Counted from the first letter of the stretch, positions 18,317 to 29,777 are shown. The stretch is DNA of 32,000 nucleotides from Micrococcus luteus NCTC 2665 (GCF_000023205.1 NC_012803.1:840001-872000); one strand, 5' to 3'. Numbers and translations: made by a program. Notes: generated by a model from the sequence alone, not told the origin.

Positions 18317-18389
18317 GCGACTACATTCTCATGGGCGGGATCGGCCCGGCCCGGGCGGCCGATCCGCCCCGACGCGAAGGAGCCCCCGC

Positions 18390-19229
18390 ATGACCCCCGC
18401 CGTCCCCCGCGTGCTCAGCATCGCCGGCTCCGACTCCGGCGGCGGCGCCGGGGTCCAGGCCGACCTGAAGACCATCGCCGCGTGGGGCGGCTACGGGATG
18501 ACCGCGATCACCGCGATCACCGCCCAGAACACGCAGGGCGTGCGGGCCGTCCACCCGCTGCCGGTGGACGTGGTGCGCGCCCAGCTCGACTCCATCGCCG
18601 CCGACATCGCCATGGACGCCGTGAAGATCGGCATGCTCGGCACGGTGGAGCTCATGGGGGCCGTCGCCGGCTGGCTCGAGAAGACCCGGCCCGCCGTCGT
18701 CGTGCTGGACCCGGTCATGGTGGCCTCGAGCGGGGACGCCCTCACCGCGGTGGGCGACGACGACGGGCGCGCCGCGTGGTCCCGGCTGCTGCGGGCGGCG
18801 CACCTGGTGACCCCCAACCTGCCCGAGCTGGCCCGGCTGACCGGGCGGGACGCGACGGACTGGGACGCCGCCCTCGACGCGGCTCGGGGCCTGGCCGCCG
18901 AGCACGACGTGACGGTGCTGCTCAAGGGCGGGCACCTGGACGAGGCCGCAGCGGCGGAAGTGCCGGACGCCGTCGTGCGCGTGGACGGGGCCGTGCACGA
19001 GGTGCGCGGCCCGCGCGTGGCGACCCGCGCGTCGCACGGCACCGGCTGCACCCTCTCCTCGGCCCTGGCCACGCTGGCCGGCGCGGGCCTGAGCTGGGAG
19101 GACGCACTCGCGCGGGCCAAGCCGTGGCTGGCCGACGCGATGCGGGCGGGGGAGGCGCTCGCGGTCGGGGACGCCTCGCGGCCGACGTGGCACGGGCCCG
19201 TGGACCACGGTCACGCGCAGCGGAGCTGA
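18390..19229 (+). CDS. thiD: Hydroxymethylpyrimidine/phosphomethylpyrimidine kinase
   Basis: ATG 18390 follows [34 protein letters not shown] and [10 protein letters not shown] are ThiD hallmarks. The upstream part of the 17667..19229 ORF is antisense to the membrane protein gene and is discarded. Confidence 0.9.
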   Translation: MTPAVPRVLSIAGSDSGGGAGVQADLKTIAAWGGYGMTAITAITAQNTQGVRAVHPLPVDVVRAQLDSIAADIAMDAVKIGMLGTVELMGAVAGWLEKTRPAVVVLDPVMVASSGDALTAVGDDDGRAAWSRLLRAAHLVTPNLPELARLTGRDATDWDAALDAARGLAAEHDVTVLLKGGHLDEAAAAEVPDAVVRVDGAVHEVRGPRVATRASHGTGCTLSSALATLAGAGLSWEDALARAKPWLADAMRAGEALAVGDASRPTWHGPVDHGHAQRS

Positions 19230-19381
19230 TGTGCGCCGGACCTCCGGGCTTCGACACGTTCGAGGCGGGAAATCCGGCGAATGCGCGCCGCGGGACGTTC
19301 CATGAGGTCGATTTCCCGCCTCGAATGCCGCTGACCCGGACCTCCCGCTCCGCTCAAGCGTCCGGGGCCGCAGAACGCGGA

Positions 19382-19419
19382 AGAGCCGGACCCCCGTGTC
19401 GTCACGGGGGTCCGGCTCT
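19382..19419. terminator. Strong hairpin (17-bp perfect stem, 4-nt loop) between thiD and tRNA-Arg; likely bidirectional terminator
   Basis: The sequence is AGAGCCGGACCCCCGTG-tcgt-CACGGGGGTCCGGCTCT. On the minus strand it is followed by TTCCGCGTTCTG. It lies 10 nt beyond the 3' end of the tRNA. Confidence 0.6.
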
Positions 19420-19428
19420 GTTCGCTCG

Positions 19429-19501
19429 TGCCCCCGGCAGGATTCGAACCTGCGGCCTTCTGCTCCGGAGGCAGACGCTCTATCCCCTGAGCTACGGAGG
19501 C
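19429..19501 (-). tRNA. tRNA-Arg (anticodon CCG)
   Basis: The minus strand reads GCCTCCG-TA-GCTC-AGGGGATA-GAGC-G-TCTGC-CTCCGGA-GCAGA-AGGCC-GCAGG-TTCGAAT-CCTGC-CGGGGGC-A. This folds by hand into a 73-nt cloverleaf with one G-U pair in the acceptor stem. The anticodon loop is CU-CCG-GA. CCA is not encoded. Confidence 0.9.
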
Positions 19502-19587
19502 GGGGGTCGCGACGCGTCGAGCGCGTTGCGGACTCGACGACTCTACACCATCAGGACGGCCCGTCCGTGACCTCCCCGCGGGGCGCG

Positions 19588-20331
19588 TCAGCCGGGCAGG
19601 CCCGCGCGCAGGCTCCGGGCCGCGGCCTCGGGGTCCTCGGCCTGCGTCACGGCGCGGACCACCACGATCCGTTCCGCCCCGGCCGCGCGGACCTCGGGCA
19701 GCCGGTCCGCGTCGACGCCGCCGATGGCGAACCACGGCCGCGCCCCCGCCGGGTCCTCGGCGTCCAGGCGCGCGGCGAAGGAGGGCAGCGCCAGTCCGAC
19801 GGCGGCCCGGCCCGGCTTCGTGGGCGTCGCCAACACCGGCCCCGTGCAGAAGTAGTCCAGGCCGTCCTCCGCGCGGGCGGCGCGCACCTGCGCCTCGGTG
19901 TGGCATGAGCGGCCGAGCACCACGTCCGGGCCCAGCAGGGCGCGGCACTGCGCGGTGGTCAGGTCGGTCTGGCCCGTGTGGAACACGTCCACCCCGGCCA
20001 GGGCGGCGACGTCGGCGCGATCGTTGGCGGCCGAGAGCGCCCCGTGCTCCCGGGCCAGCGGGACGAGCACGACGAACGCGGCCAGCTCGACCGCCACGTC
20101 CACGGCCTTGTCCCGCACCTGGATCAGGTCCACCCCGCCGCGGAACGCCGCCGCGCAGAAGCCAGCGAACGCGGCCGCGTCGAGCGTGCCGTCCGGGCGC
20201 AGGAACCGCTGCAGGTCGGTGCAGACGTACAGCCGGGAGGCGGCGAGGCGGGCGCGGCGGCCCGCGCCGGGGCCGGTGTCGCCGTCGTCGCGGCCGGCCG
20301 CGGTCATCAGGAGCGGGTCGGGGGAGTGCAT
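19588..20331 (-). CDS. thiE: Thiamine-phosphate synthase
   Basis: From ATG 20331 the product is 247 aa, with LYVCTD, GGVDLIQVRDK, VFHTGQTDL, DYFCTGPVLATPTKPG and FAIGGV. An alternative ATG lies at 20307. Confidence 0.85.
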   Translation of the reverse strand: MHSPDPLLMTAAGRDDGDTGPGAGRRARLAASRLYVCTDLQRFLRPDGTLDAAAFAGFCAAAFRGGVDLIQVRDKAVDVAVELAAFVVLVPLAREHGALSAANDRADVAALAGVDVFHTGQTDLTTAQCRALLGPDVVLGRSCHTEAQVRAARAEDGLDYFCTGPVLATPTKPGRAAVGLALPSFAARLDAEDPAGARPWFAIGGVDADRLPEVRAAGAERIVVVRAVTQAEDPEAAARSLRAGLPG

Positions 20332-20359
20332 GCGCCCACTGTGGCAGACTGGCCGCAGT

Positions 20360-20470
20360 TCCATGGGAGCCCGGGCCGCACACGCCGGGCTGAGAGGGCC
20401 GCAGGGGCGCACCGCGCCGGCGCGGCCGACCATCACCACTCGATGCGGGTCATGCCGCCGTGAGGAGGAC
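20360..20470 (+). promoter_or_regulatory. TPP (THI-box) riboswitch upstream of thiO-thiS-thiG-thiF
   Basis: The plus strand reads ATGGGAGCCCGGGCCGCACACGCCGGGCTGAGAGGGCCGC...GCGGCCGACCATCACCACTCGATGCGGGTCATGCCGCCGTGAGGAGGA. CUGAGA, a GC-rich extended P3 and the pyrophosphate-sensing half are present. The 3' end overlaps the thiO SD sequence (GAGGAGGA). Confidence 0.8.
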
Positions 20471-20476
20471 CGGTCC

Positions 20477-21646
20477 GTGCACGTGGCCGTCGTCGGGGCC
20501 GGGATCATCGGCCTCACCGCCGCCGTGCGTCTGCGCGCCGCAGGCCACGCCGTCACCCTGATCGCCCCCGAGCTGGACACCGCCGGGCGCCCGCACGCCG
20601 TGGCCGGGGCCACCCACGCCGCGGCGGGGATGCTCGCGCCGCTCGCCGAGACCCAGTTCAGCCAGGACGACCTCGCCCCGCTGCTGCAGGCCGGCTGGGA
20701 GGCCTACCCGGGCCTCGTGGACCTGCTCGCCGCCTTCACCGAGGTCGAGACGGGCTTCCTGCCGCAGGGCGCCTGGATCGTGGCCGCGGACCCCTCGGAC
20801 GCCCGCGCGTGGGACCACGTGCTCGAGCACGCCTCGATCCTCGGTCGCCGGGTCGAGCCCGTCTCCGTCCGCGCGCTGCGCCGCGCCGAGCCCGCCCTGA
20901 CCCCGGGCCTGGCCGCCGGCTTCGACGCCCCGGACGACCATCAGGTGGACCCGCGACGGCTCGCCGCCGCCTGCGTCGCCGCCCTGCGCGCCGAGACCGG
21001 ACCCGACGGCGGCCCGCTCCCGGCCGGCGCCGGACCCGCCGCCCGATTCGTGGCCGGACGCGTCACCGCCGCCGACCCGGAGGGCGAGGGGGTGCGCCTC
21101 ACGCTGGCCGACGGGGGCGTCCTCACCGCCGACGGCGCGGTCCTCGCCGCGGGCCTGGGCCATCGTGGGATCGGCGGCACGGCCACCGCCGTCGAGGTCC
21201 CGCTGCGACCCGTCCACGGCGACGTGCTGCGCCTGCGGGTGCGCCCCGAGCAGCTGCTGCCGGGGGAGTCGCACCTGATCACCCGCACCGTCCGCGGCCT
21301 CGTCCACGGGCGCCAGGTCTACCTCGTGCCCCGCGCGGACGGCACCCTCGTGGTCGGCGCCTCGGCCCGCGAGGACGGGCTGGCCGGCACCTGCGCCGGG
21401 GCCGTGCTGGACCTGCTCGCCGACGCCGCCGCGATCCTGCCCGCCGTCCGCGAGTGCGAGCTCGTCGAGATCACCACCGCCGCCCGCCCCGGCACCCCCG
21501 ACGACGCCCCGCGCGTGCTCACCGTGCCCGAGGCCCCGGGCGCCGTCGTCGCCACCGGCTTCCACCGTCACGGGATCCTGCTCGCCCCCTGGGCGGCCGG
21601 GCGGATCCTCGAGCTGCTGCGCGCCCGCCTGAAGGAGATCGCATGA
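20477..21646 (+). CDS. thiO: Glycine oxidase (FAD-dependent)
   Basis: GTG 20477 follows GAGGAGGA. The N-terminus VAVVGAGIIGLTAA is a GxGxxG FAD fold. The gene sits directly upstream of thiS/thiG, and its stop overlaps the thiS ATG (ATGA). Confidence 0.85.
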   Translation: MHVAVVGAGIIGLTAAVRLRAAGHAVTLIAPELDTAGRPHAVAGATHAAAGMLAPLAETQFSQDDLAPLLQAGWEAYPGLVDLLAAFTEVETGFLPQGAWIVAADPSDARAWDHVLEHASILGRRVEPVSVRALRRAEPALTPGLAAGFDAPDDHQVDPRRLAAACVAALRAETGPDGGPLPAGAGPAARFVAGRVTAADPEGEGVRLTLADGGVLTADGAVLAAGLGHRGIGGTATAVEVPLRPVHGDVLRLRVRPEQLLPGESHLITRTVRGLVHGRQVYLVPRADGTLVVGASAREDGLAGTCAGAVLDLLADAAAILPAVRECELVEITTAARPGTPDDAPRVLTVPEAPGAVVATGFHRHGILLAPWAAGRILELLRARLKEIA

Positions 21647-21885
21647 GCACCCTCACCCTGACCCTCAACGGAGAGCCCGCCGAGCTGGCCGTGGCCACCG
21701 TCCGCGACGTCGTCGCGCACGTCACCGGGCGCGTGGTCGGCGACGACGGCGCCGCCGCGGACGGGCGGCGGCTCGGCGTGGCCGTGGCGGTCGGCGGCGA
21801 GGTCGTGCCCCGGTCGGCCTGGGCCACCCGGGCGCTGGCCGCCGGGGACGAGGTCGACGTCGTCACCGCGGTGCAGGGGGGCTGA
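21643..21885 (+). CDS. thiS: Sulfur-carrier protein ThiS
   Basis: The 80-aa product starts with a ubiquitin-like LTLNGEP and ends with C-terminal ...VTAVQGG (a Gly-Gly terminus). Confidence 0.85.
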   Translation: MSTLTLTLNGEPAELAVATVRDVVAHVTGRVVGDDGAAADGRRLGVAVAVGGEVVPRSAWATRALAAGDEVDVVTAVQGG

Positions 21886-23900
<2,015 letters not shown>

Positions 23901-23912
23901 CCCCCCGCGCCG

Positions 23913-23971
23913 ACGAACCCTGCGAGATGGCCCCCACCGCGGGCCGGAGGGGGCCATCTCGCAGGGTTCGT
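23913..23971. terminator. 23-bp perfect-stem hairpin (13-nt loop) after the thiamine operon
   Basis: ACGAACCCTGCGAGATGGCCCCC (23913-23935) is the exact reverse complement of GGGGGCCATCTCGCAGGGTTCGT (23949-23971). It starts 13 nt after the thiF/moeZ stop. There is no U-tract. Confidence 0.55.
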
Positions 23972-24015
23972 TCGCACGCGCACGGGCGCGGCGGCCCTTC
24001 CGTAGACTTGCGCGG

Positions 24016-25686
24016 GTGAAGCCCGAAGACCTCTCCGCCCTGCTGTCCGCTGTCCTCACCGACGCCGTCGATGCCGGTGACCTCCCCGCCGCGCTGCGGG
24101 AGGGGATCACCCCCGCGCGCGTGAAGGTGGAGCGACCCCGCAGCCGCGAGCACGGCGACTGGGCCACCAACGTCGCCCTCCAGCTGGGCAAGAAGGCCGG
24201 GATGGCCCCGCGCGACCTCGCCGGGCTCGTGGCCGAGCGCCTGACCGGGAAGCCGGGCATCGCGGCCGTCGACGTCGCCGGCCCCGGCTTCCTCAACGTC
24301 ACCCTGGACGCGGCCTCGGCCGGCGCCCTGGCCCGCGAGATCGTCGAGGCCGGCCCGGAGTACGGCCGCAACGACACCCTGGCCGGGCACACCGTGAACA
24401 TGGAGTTCGTCTCCGCCAACCCCACCGGACCGCTGCACATCGGACACACCCGCTGGGCCGCGCTGGGCGACGCGATCGCCCGCCTGCTGCGCGCCTCCGG
24501 CGCGGACGTCACCGCCGAGTACTACGTCAACGACGCCGGCAACCAGATGAACGTGTTCGCCGACTCGGTCCTCGCCCGCCTGCACGGCCGCGACGTCCCC
24601 GCGGGCGGCTACCCCGGCGCATACGTGCAGGAGCTGGCCGACGCCGTCGCCCTCGAGCACCCGGACGTGCGCGAGCTGACGGACGAGGCCGCCCGCCCGG
24701 TGGTCCGCGAGGCCGCGTACCGGCTCCAGATGCAGGACATCAAGGACACGCTCGCCGCCTTCGACGTGCACTTCGACGTGTTCACCTCGGAGCAGACGCT
24801 CCACGACTCCGGCGCGATCGACCAGGCCGTGCAGCGGCTGCGCGAGCAGGGCCACATCGAGGACCGCGAGGGCGCCGTGTGGCTCAAGACCACCGACTTC
24901 GGCGACGACAAGGACCGCGTGCTCATCCGCGCCAACGGCGAGCCCACCTACTTCGCCGCCGACGCCGCCTACTACCTCCACAAGCGCGACCGCGGCTTCG
25001 AGGAGAAGGTGTACCTGCTCGGCGCCGACCACCACGGCTACGTGAACCGCCTCAAGGCGATCGCCGCCGCCGCCGGCGACGACCCGGCGACGAACATCGA
25101 GATCCTCATCGGCCAGCTCATCTCGGTCAACGGCGCGAAGCTCTCCAAGCGCGCCGGCAACATCATCGAGCTCAAGGACCTCGTGGAGTGGCTCGGCCGC
25201 GACGCCCTGCGCTACGACCTGGCCCGCTACCCCGCGGACTCGCCCCTGACGATCGACCCCGAGCTGCTGCGCTCCGCCACGAACGACAACCCCGTCTACT
25301 ACGTGCAGTACGCCCACGCCCGCGCCTCGGGCGCGGCGCGCACCGCGCAGGCCCACGGCGTGGACCGCTCCGAGTTCGACGCCGCCCTGCTCACCCACGC
25401 CACCGAGTCGGAGCTGCTGGCCCAGCTGGCGGAGTTCCCGGCCGTCGTCGCCGCGGCGGCGCGCCTGCGCGAGCCGCACCGCGTGACCCGCCACCTCGAG
25501 GTGATCGCCGGGGCCTACCACTCGTGGTACGCCGCCTGCCGGATCGTGCCCATGCCCACCGACGACGGCACGCCGCGTCCCGTCGAGACCCTCAACCGCA
25601 CCCGCCTGTGGCTCAACGACGCCACCGCCCAGGTGCTGGCCAACGGCCTCGGCCTGCTCGGCGTGTCCGCCCCGGAGAAGATGTGA
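24016..25686 (+). CDS. argS: Arginine--tRNA ligase
   Basis: The 556-aa product has the class I HIGH-type motif (SANPTGPLHIGH), the KMSK-like LSKRAG, and a conserved C-terminal anticodon-binding domain ending in ...M. Confidence 0.95.
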   Translation: MKPEDLSALLSAVLTDAVDAGDLPAALREGITPARVKVERPRSREHGDWATNVALQLGKKAGMAPRDLAGLVAERLTGKPGIAAVDVAGPGFLNVTLDAASAGALAREIVEAGPEYGRNDTLAGHTVNMEFVSANPTGPLHIGHTRWAALGDAIARLLRASGADVTAEYYVNDAGNQMNVFADSVLARLHGRDVPAGGYPGAYVQELADAVALEHPDVRELTDEAARPVVREAAYRLQMQDIKDTLAAFDVHFDVFTSEQTLHDSGAIDQAVQRLREQGHIEDREGAVWLKTTDFGDDKDRVLIRANGEPTYFAADAAYYLHKRDRGFEEKVYLLGADHHGYVNRLKAIAAAAGDDPATNIEILIGQLISVNGAKLSKRAGNIIELKDLVEWLGRDALRYDLARYPADSPLTIDPELLRSATNDNPVYYVQYAHARASGAARTAQAHGVDRSEFDAALLTHATESELLAQLAEFPAVVAAAARLREPHRVTRHLEVIAGAYHSWYAACRIVPMPTDDGTPRPVETLNRTRLWLNDATAQVLANGLGLLGVSAPEKM

Positions 25687-25694
25687 GCGCCCGG

Positions 25695-27167
25695 ATGACG
25701 ACGACGCAGCCCGCCCCCGCCTCCCCGCTCGCCCCCGCCTGGCTCCCCGCGCCGGGGGACCCGGACGCGCTCGTGCCCGGCCTCTGGGCCGCCGGCGTGG
25801 GCCGTGCCGCCGACGGCGAGCTCACCGTCCAGGGCCTGCGCGCGAGCGCGCTCGCCGCGGAGTTCGGCACGCCGCTGCTCGTGGTGGACGAGGACGACTT
25901 CCGCGCCCGCGCCCGCGCGTTCCGCGAGGGCTTCGACGCCGCGTTCGCCGACCTGTGCGGGGGAGCGGACGTCTACTACGCCGGCAAGTCCATGCTCACC
26001 CTCTCCACCGCCCGCTGGGCGGCCGAGGAGGGCCTGCGCGTGGACACCGCCTCCGGCGGCGAGCTGGCGATCGCGCTGGCCGCCGGCGTCTACCCGGCCC
26101 ACATCGGCCTGCACGGCAACAACAAGTCGGACGCCGAGCTGCGCACCGCCCTCGAGGCGGGCGTGGGCCGGATCATCGTGGACTCGCTCGACGAGCTCAC
26201 CCACCTGGCCGCGCTCGCGGCCGAGGCCGGCCACCGCGCCCCCGTGATGCTCCGGCTGACCCCGGGCGTGCACGCGCACACCCACGACTTCATCGCCACC
26301 GCGCACGAGGACCAGAAGTTCGGGCTCTCCCTGGCCCCGGCGTCCACCGACCGGGACGGCAACGTGGCCGGCCGCTCGCCGGCCGCCGTCGCCGTGGACA
26401 CGGCCCTGGCGACCGAGTCGATCGACCTGCTGGGCGTGCACTGCCACATCGGGTCCCAGATCTTCGAGGCCGAGGGCTTCGGGCTGGCGGCCGGACGCGT
26501 GCTCGAGTTCCTCGCCGAGGTCAAGGCCGAGCACGGGGTGGAGCTGGCCGAGCTCGACCTCGGCGGCGGCCACGGCATCGCCTACACGGCCGTGGACGAG
26601 CCGCGCCCGGCCGCGGAGATCGCCGACGCCCTCGCCGACGACGTCCAGAAGACCGTCGAGCGCCTCGGCCTGAGGTGCCCGCGGGTCTCGCTCGAGCCGG
26701 GGCGGGCCATCTCGGGCCCCGCGGGGCTGACCCTCTACACGGTCGGGGTGACCAAGACCGTGGACGCGGACGCCCCCGACGGCGGCACGGCGGCCCGCCG
26801 CTACGTCGCCGTGGACGGCGGCATGTCCGACAACCCGCGTCCCGTGCTCTACGACGCCGACTACACCGCCGTCTCCGCGCGCCGCACCTCGGAGGCCGAG
26901 CCGGCGCTCTCCCGTGTGGTGGGCAAGCACTGTGAGTCCGGCGACATCCTCGTCCGCGACGTGTACCTGCCGGCCGACCTGGGCCGCGGCGACCTGCTGG
27001 CCGTGCCGGCCACGGGCGCGTACACGCACGTGATGTCCTCGAACTACAACGCGCTGGCCCGCCCGGCCGTCGTCGCGGTCTCCGGCGGGCTGGCGCGGGT
27101 GATCATCCGTCGCGAGACGCAGGAGGACCTGTTCGCCCGCGAGGCCGATCCGCGCCTCGCCCGCTGA
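25695..27167 (+). CDS. lysA: Diaminopimelate decarboxylase
   Basis: YAGKS (PLP lysine), HGNNKS, HCHIGSQ, DLGGG and CESGD are present. The start is ATG 25695, or GTG 25683 overlapping the argS stop. Confidence 0.9.
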   Translation: MTTTQPAPASPLAPAWLPAPGDPDALVPGLWAAGVGRAADGELTVQGLRASALAAEFGTPLLVVDEDDFRARARAFREGFDAAFADLCGGADVYYAGKSMLTLSTARWAAEEGLRVDTASGGELAIALAAGVYPAHIGLHGNNKSDAELRTALEAGVGRIIVDSLDELTHLAALAAEAGHRAPVMLRLTPGVHAHTHDFIATAHEDQKFGLSLAPASTDRDGNVAGRSPAAVAVDTALATESIDLLGVHCHIGSQIFEAEGFGLAAGRVLEFLAEVKAEHGVELAELDLGGGHGIAYTAVDEPRPAAEIADALADDVQKTVERLGLRCPRVSLEPGRAISGPAGLTLYTVGVTKTVDADAPDGGTAARRYVAVDGGMSDNPRPVLYDADYTAVSARRTSEAEPALSRVVGKHCESGDILVRDVYLPADLGRGDLLAVPATGAYTHVMSSNYNALARPAVVAVSGGLARVIIRRETQEDLFAREADPRLAR

Positions 27168-27338
27168 GGACGCGGGCGCGGCGCACCCGGCCGTCGGCCT
27201 CGGGCCCGGGTGGGTCCGTCCCGCTCTGCGGACACCGAGTGTCGCGCGGTGGGACGGGCCGGGGCGCCACGCTAGATTCGAGGCCAGCCGGGCGGCGCGG
27301 TCGCGCGGCCCCGACCCCACCCTGGATCACGGAGGACC

Positions 27339-28661
27339 ATGCCCCAGCACACCGACGCCCCCACCGCTCTCAAGGTCGCCCTGCTGGGCGGCGGGACCGT
27401 GGGGTCCCAGACCGCCCGGATCCTCACCGAGGACGCCGACATCCTGCGGGACCGCGTGGGCGCCGACCTCGAGCTCACGGGCATCGCGGTGCGGGACACG
27501 GGCGCGACCCGCGACTGGCAGGCGGACCCGGCGCTCTACACCACCGACGCCGAGGCGCTCGTGGCCGGCGCGGACGTCGTCATCGAGCTGATGGGCGGCA
27601 TCGAGCCGGCCCGCACCCTGATCCTGCGCGCCCTGGCCGCCGGCACGTCCGTGGTGACGGGCAACAAGGCGCTGCTGGCCCAGCACGGCGAGGAGCTGTA
27701 CGCCGCGGCCGCCGCCACCGGCGCGCAGCTCAGCTTCGAGGCCGCCGTCGCCGGCGCCATCCCGATCCTGCGCCCGCTGCGCGACTCCCTGGGCGGCGAC
27801 CGCGTCACCCGCGTGATGGGCATCGCCAACGGCACCACCAACTTCATCCTCGACCGGATGGACTCCGAAGGAGCGGACTTCGACGACGCCCTCGCCGAGG
27901 CCCAGCGGCTCGGCTACGCCGAGGCCGACCCGACCGCCGACGTCGAGGGCCACGACGCCGCCGCGAAGGCCGCGATCCTGGCGACCATCGCGTTCGGCGC
28001 GCCGTACACCCTGGACCAGGTGGCCGTCGCGGGCATCACCGCGATCACGGCCGAGGACAACGCCGCCGCCGCGGAGGCGGGCTACGTCATCAAGCTGCTG
28101 GCGATCGCCGAGCGCGGCCGCGCCGCCGACGGTGCCGAGGGCGCGGTCCTGCGCGTGCACCCCACCCTGCTGCCGCGGGAGCACCCGCTGGCCTCCGTGC
28201 GCGGGGCGTTCAACGCCGTCTTCGTGGAGGCCGAGAACGCCGGCGAGCTCATGTTCTACGGTCCCGGGGCCGGCGGCGCCCCCACCGCCTCCGCGGTGAT
28301 GGGCGACGTCGTCTCGATCGCCCAGCGCATCGTGCGCGGCGGCCCGGCACGCCTGCGGACCCCCGTCACCGCCCTGCCCGCCCTGGACCCGGCCGAGGCC
28401 CACACCTCCTTCATGGTCGTGCTGCGCGCGGCGGACCAGCCCGGCGTGCTGCGCCGCGTCGCCGGGGTGTTCGAGGAGCACGGCGTCTCCATCGAGACGC
28501 TGCGCCAGGTCCCGTCCGAGCGCGAGGACGCCCCCGGCGCGTCCCTGCGGCTGATCACCCACCGTGCGCGGCAGCGCGACCTCGACGCCACCGTCGAGGC
28601 GCTCGCCGCCCTGGACGTCGTCCACGAGGTCGCGTCCGTCCTCCGAGTCGAAGGGAACTGA
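27339..28661 (+). CDS. hom: Homoserine dehydrogenase
   Basis: GGAGGA lies before the ATG. LLGGGTVGS (NAD fold), ANGTTNFIL, LGYAEADPT.D and a C-terminal ACT-like domain are present. Confidence 0.95.
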   Translation: MPQHTDAPTALKVALLGGGTVGSQTARILTEDADILRDRVGADLELTGIAVRDTGATRDWQADPALYTTDAEALVAGADVVIELMGGIEPARTLILRALAAGTSVVTGNKALLAQHGEELYAAAAATGAQLSFEAAVAGAIPILRPLRDSLGGDRVTRVMGIANGTTNFILDRMDSEGADFDDALAEAQRLGYAEADPTADVEGHDAAAKAAILATIAFGAPYTLDQVAVAGITAITAEDNAAAAEAGYVIKLLAIAERGRAADGAEGAVLRVHPTLLPREHPLASVRGAFNAVFVEAENAGELMFYGPGAGGAPTASAVMGDVVSIAQRIVRGGPARLRTPVTALPALDPAEAHTSFMVVLRAADQPGVLRRVAGVFEEHGVSIETLRQVPSEREDAPGASLRLITHRARQRDLDATVEALAALDVVHEVASVLRVEGN

Positions 28662-28664
28662 CCC

Positions 28665-29777
28665 ATGGCCCACCAGTGGCGCGGCGTCGTCCGCGAGTAC
28701 GCCGACCGCCTGCCCGTCACCGAGGACACGCGCGTGATCACCCTCGGCGAGGGCGGCACCCCGCTCATCCACGCCCCCCACCTCTCCGAGCTGGTGCAGG
28801 GCACCGTGCACGTGAAGTTCGAGGGCATGAACCCGACCGGCTCCTTCAAGGACCGCGGCATGACCATGGCGATCACCGCCGCCGTCACGGACGGCGCGAA
28901 GGCCGTCGTCTGCGCATCCACCGGCAATACGTCCGCCTCGGCGGCGGCCTACGCGGCGCAGGCCGGGATCACGTGCGCCGTGCTCGTGCCCGAGGGGAAG
29001 ATCTCGATGGGCAAGATGTCCCAGGCCGTGGCCCACGGCGCGGAGATCCTCCAGGTGCAGGGCAACTTCGACGACTGCCTCGAGGTGGCCCGCAAGCTGG
29101 CCGAGAACTACCCCGTGTTCCTGGTGAACTCCGTCAACCCGGCCCGCATCGAAGGGCAGAAGACCGGTGCATTCGAGGTCGTGGACACCCTCGGCGACGC
29201 CCCGGACTACCACCTGCTGCCCGTGGGCAACGCCGGAAACATCACCGCGTACTGGAAGGGCTACCGCGAGTACGCCGCCCCCTACGTGAACCCGCACGAG
29301 GGCGCCTCGGACGCCGAGCTGCCCGCGGTGGCCACGAAGACCCCCGTGATGTGGGGCTTCCAGGCCGCGGGCGCCGCCCCGATCGTCCAGGGCCACCCCG
29401 TGACCGACCCGGACACGATCGCCACCGCCATCCGGATCGGCAACCCGGCCTCGTGGGAGCAGGCCGAGGCCGCCCGCGACGAGTCCGGCGGCATGATCGA
29501 CTCCGTCACGGACGAGGAGATCCTCGAGGCCCATCGCTGGCTCTCCGCGAAGGAGGGCGTGTTCGTCGAGCCCGCCTCCGCCGCCGGCGTCGCCGGGCTG
29601 CTCAAGCACCACGCCGCCGGGAACGTGCCGGCCGGCAAGAGCTGGGTCATCACCGTCACCGGCCACGGCCTCAAGGACCCGCAGTGGGCCCTGCGCGGCG
29701 CCGACGGCGCCGACGTGACCCCGCGCTCGGTGCCGTTCGACGTGGTCACCGTCGCCCAGGCGCTCGGCCTGAGCTGA
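28665..29777 (+). CDS. thrC: Threonine synthase
   Basis: The PLP motif [10 protein letters not shown] is present, with STGNTSAS and the GNAGN loop. Confidence 0.95.
   Translation: MAHQWRGVVREYADRLPVTEDTRVITLGEGGTPLIHAPHLSELVQGTVHVKFEGMNPTGSFKDRGMTMAITAAVTDGAKAVVCASTGNTSASAAAYAAQAGITCAVLVPEGKISMGKMSQAVAHGAEILQVQGNFDDCLEVARKLAENYPVFLVNSVNPARIEGQKTGAFEVVDTLGDAPDYHLLPVGNAGNITAYWKGYREYAAPYVNPHEGASDAELPAVATKTPVMWGFQAAGAAPIVQGHPVTDPDTIATAIRIGNPASWEQAEAARDESGGMIDSVTDEEILEAHRWLSAKEGVFVEPASAAGVAGLLKHHAAGNVPAGKSWVITVTGHGLKDPQWALRGADGADVTPRSVPFDVVTVAQALGLS

Noticed and set aside
19230-19590. tRNA-Arg as the attachment site of an integrated element
   Set aside because: There is no integrase, no direct repeat of the tRNA 3' end that I could spot, and the flanking genes (thiD, thiE) belong to a single pathway. 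The nearby inverted repeat is reported only as a curiosity.
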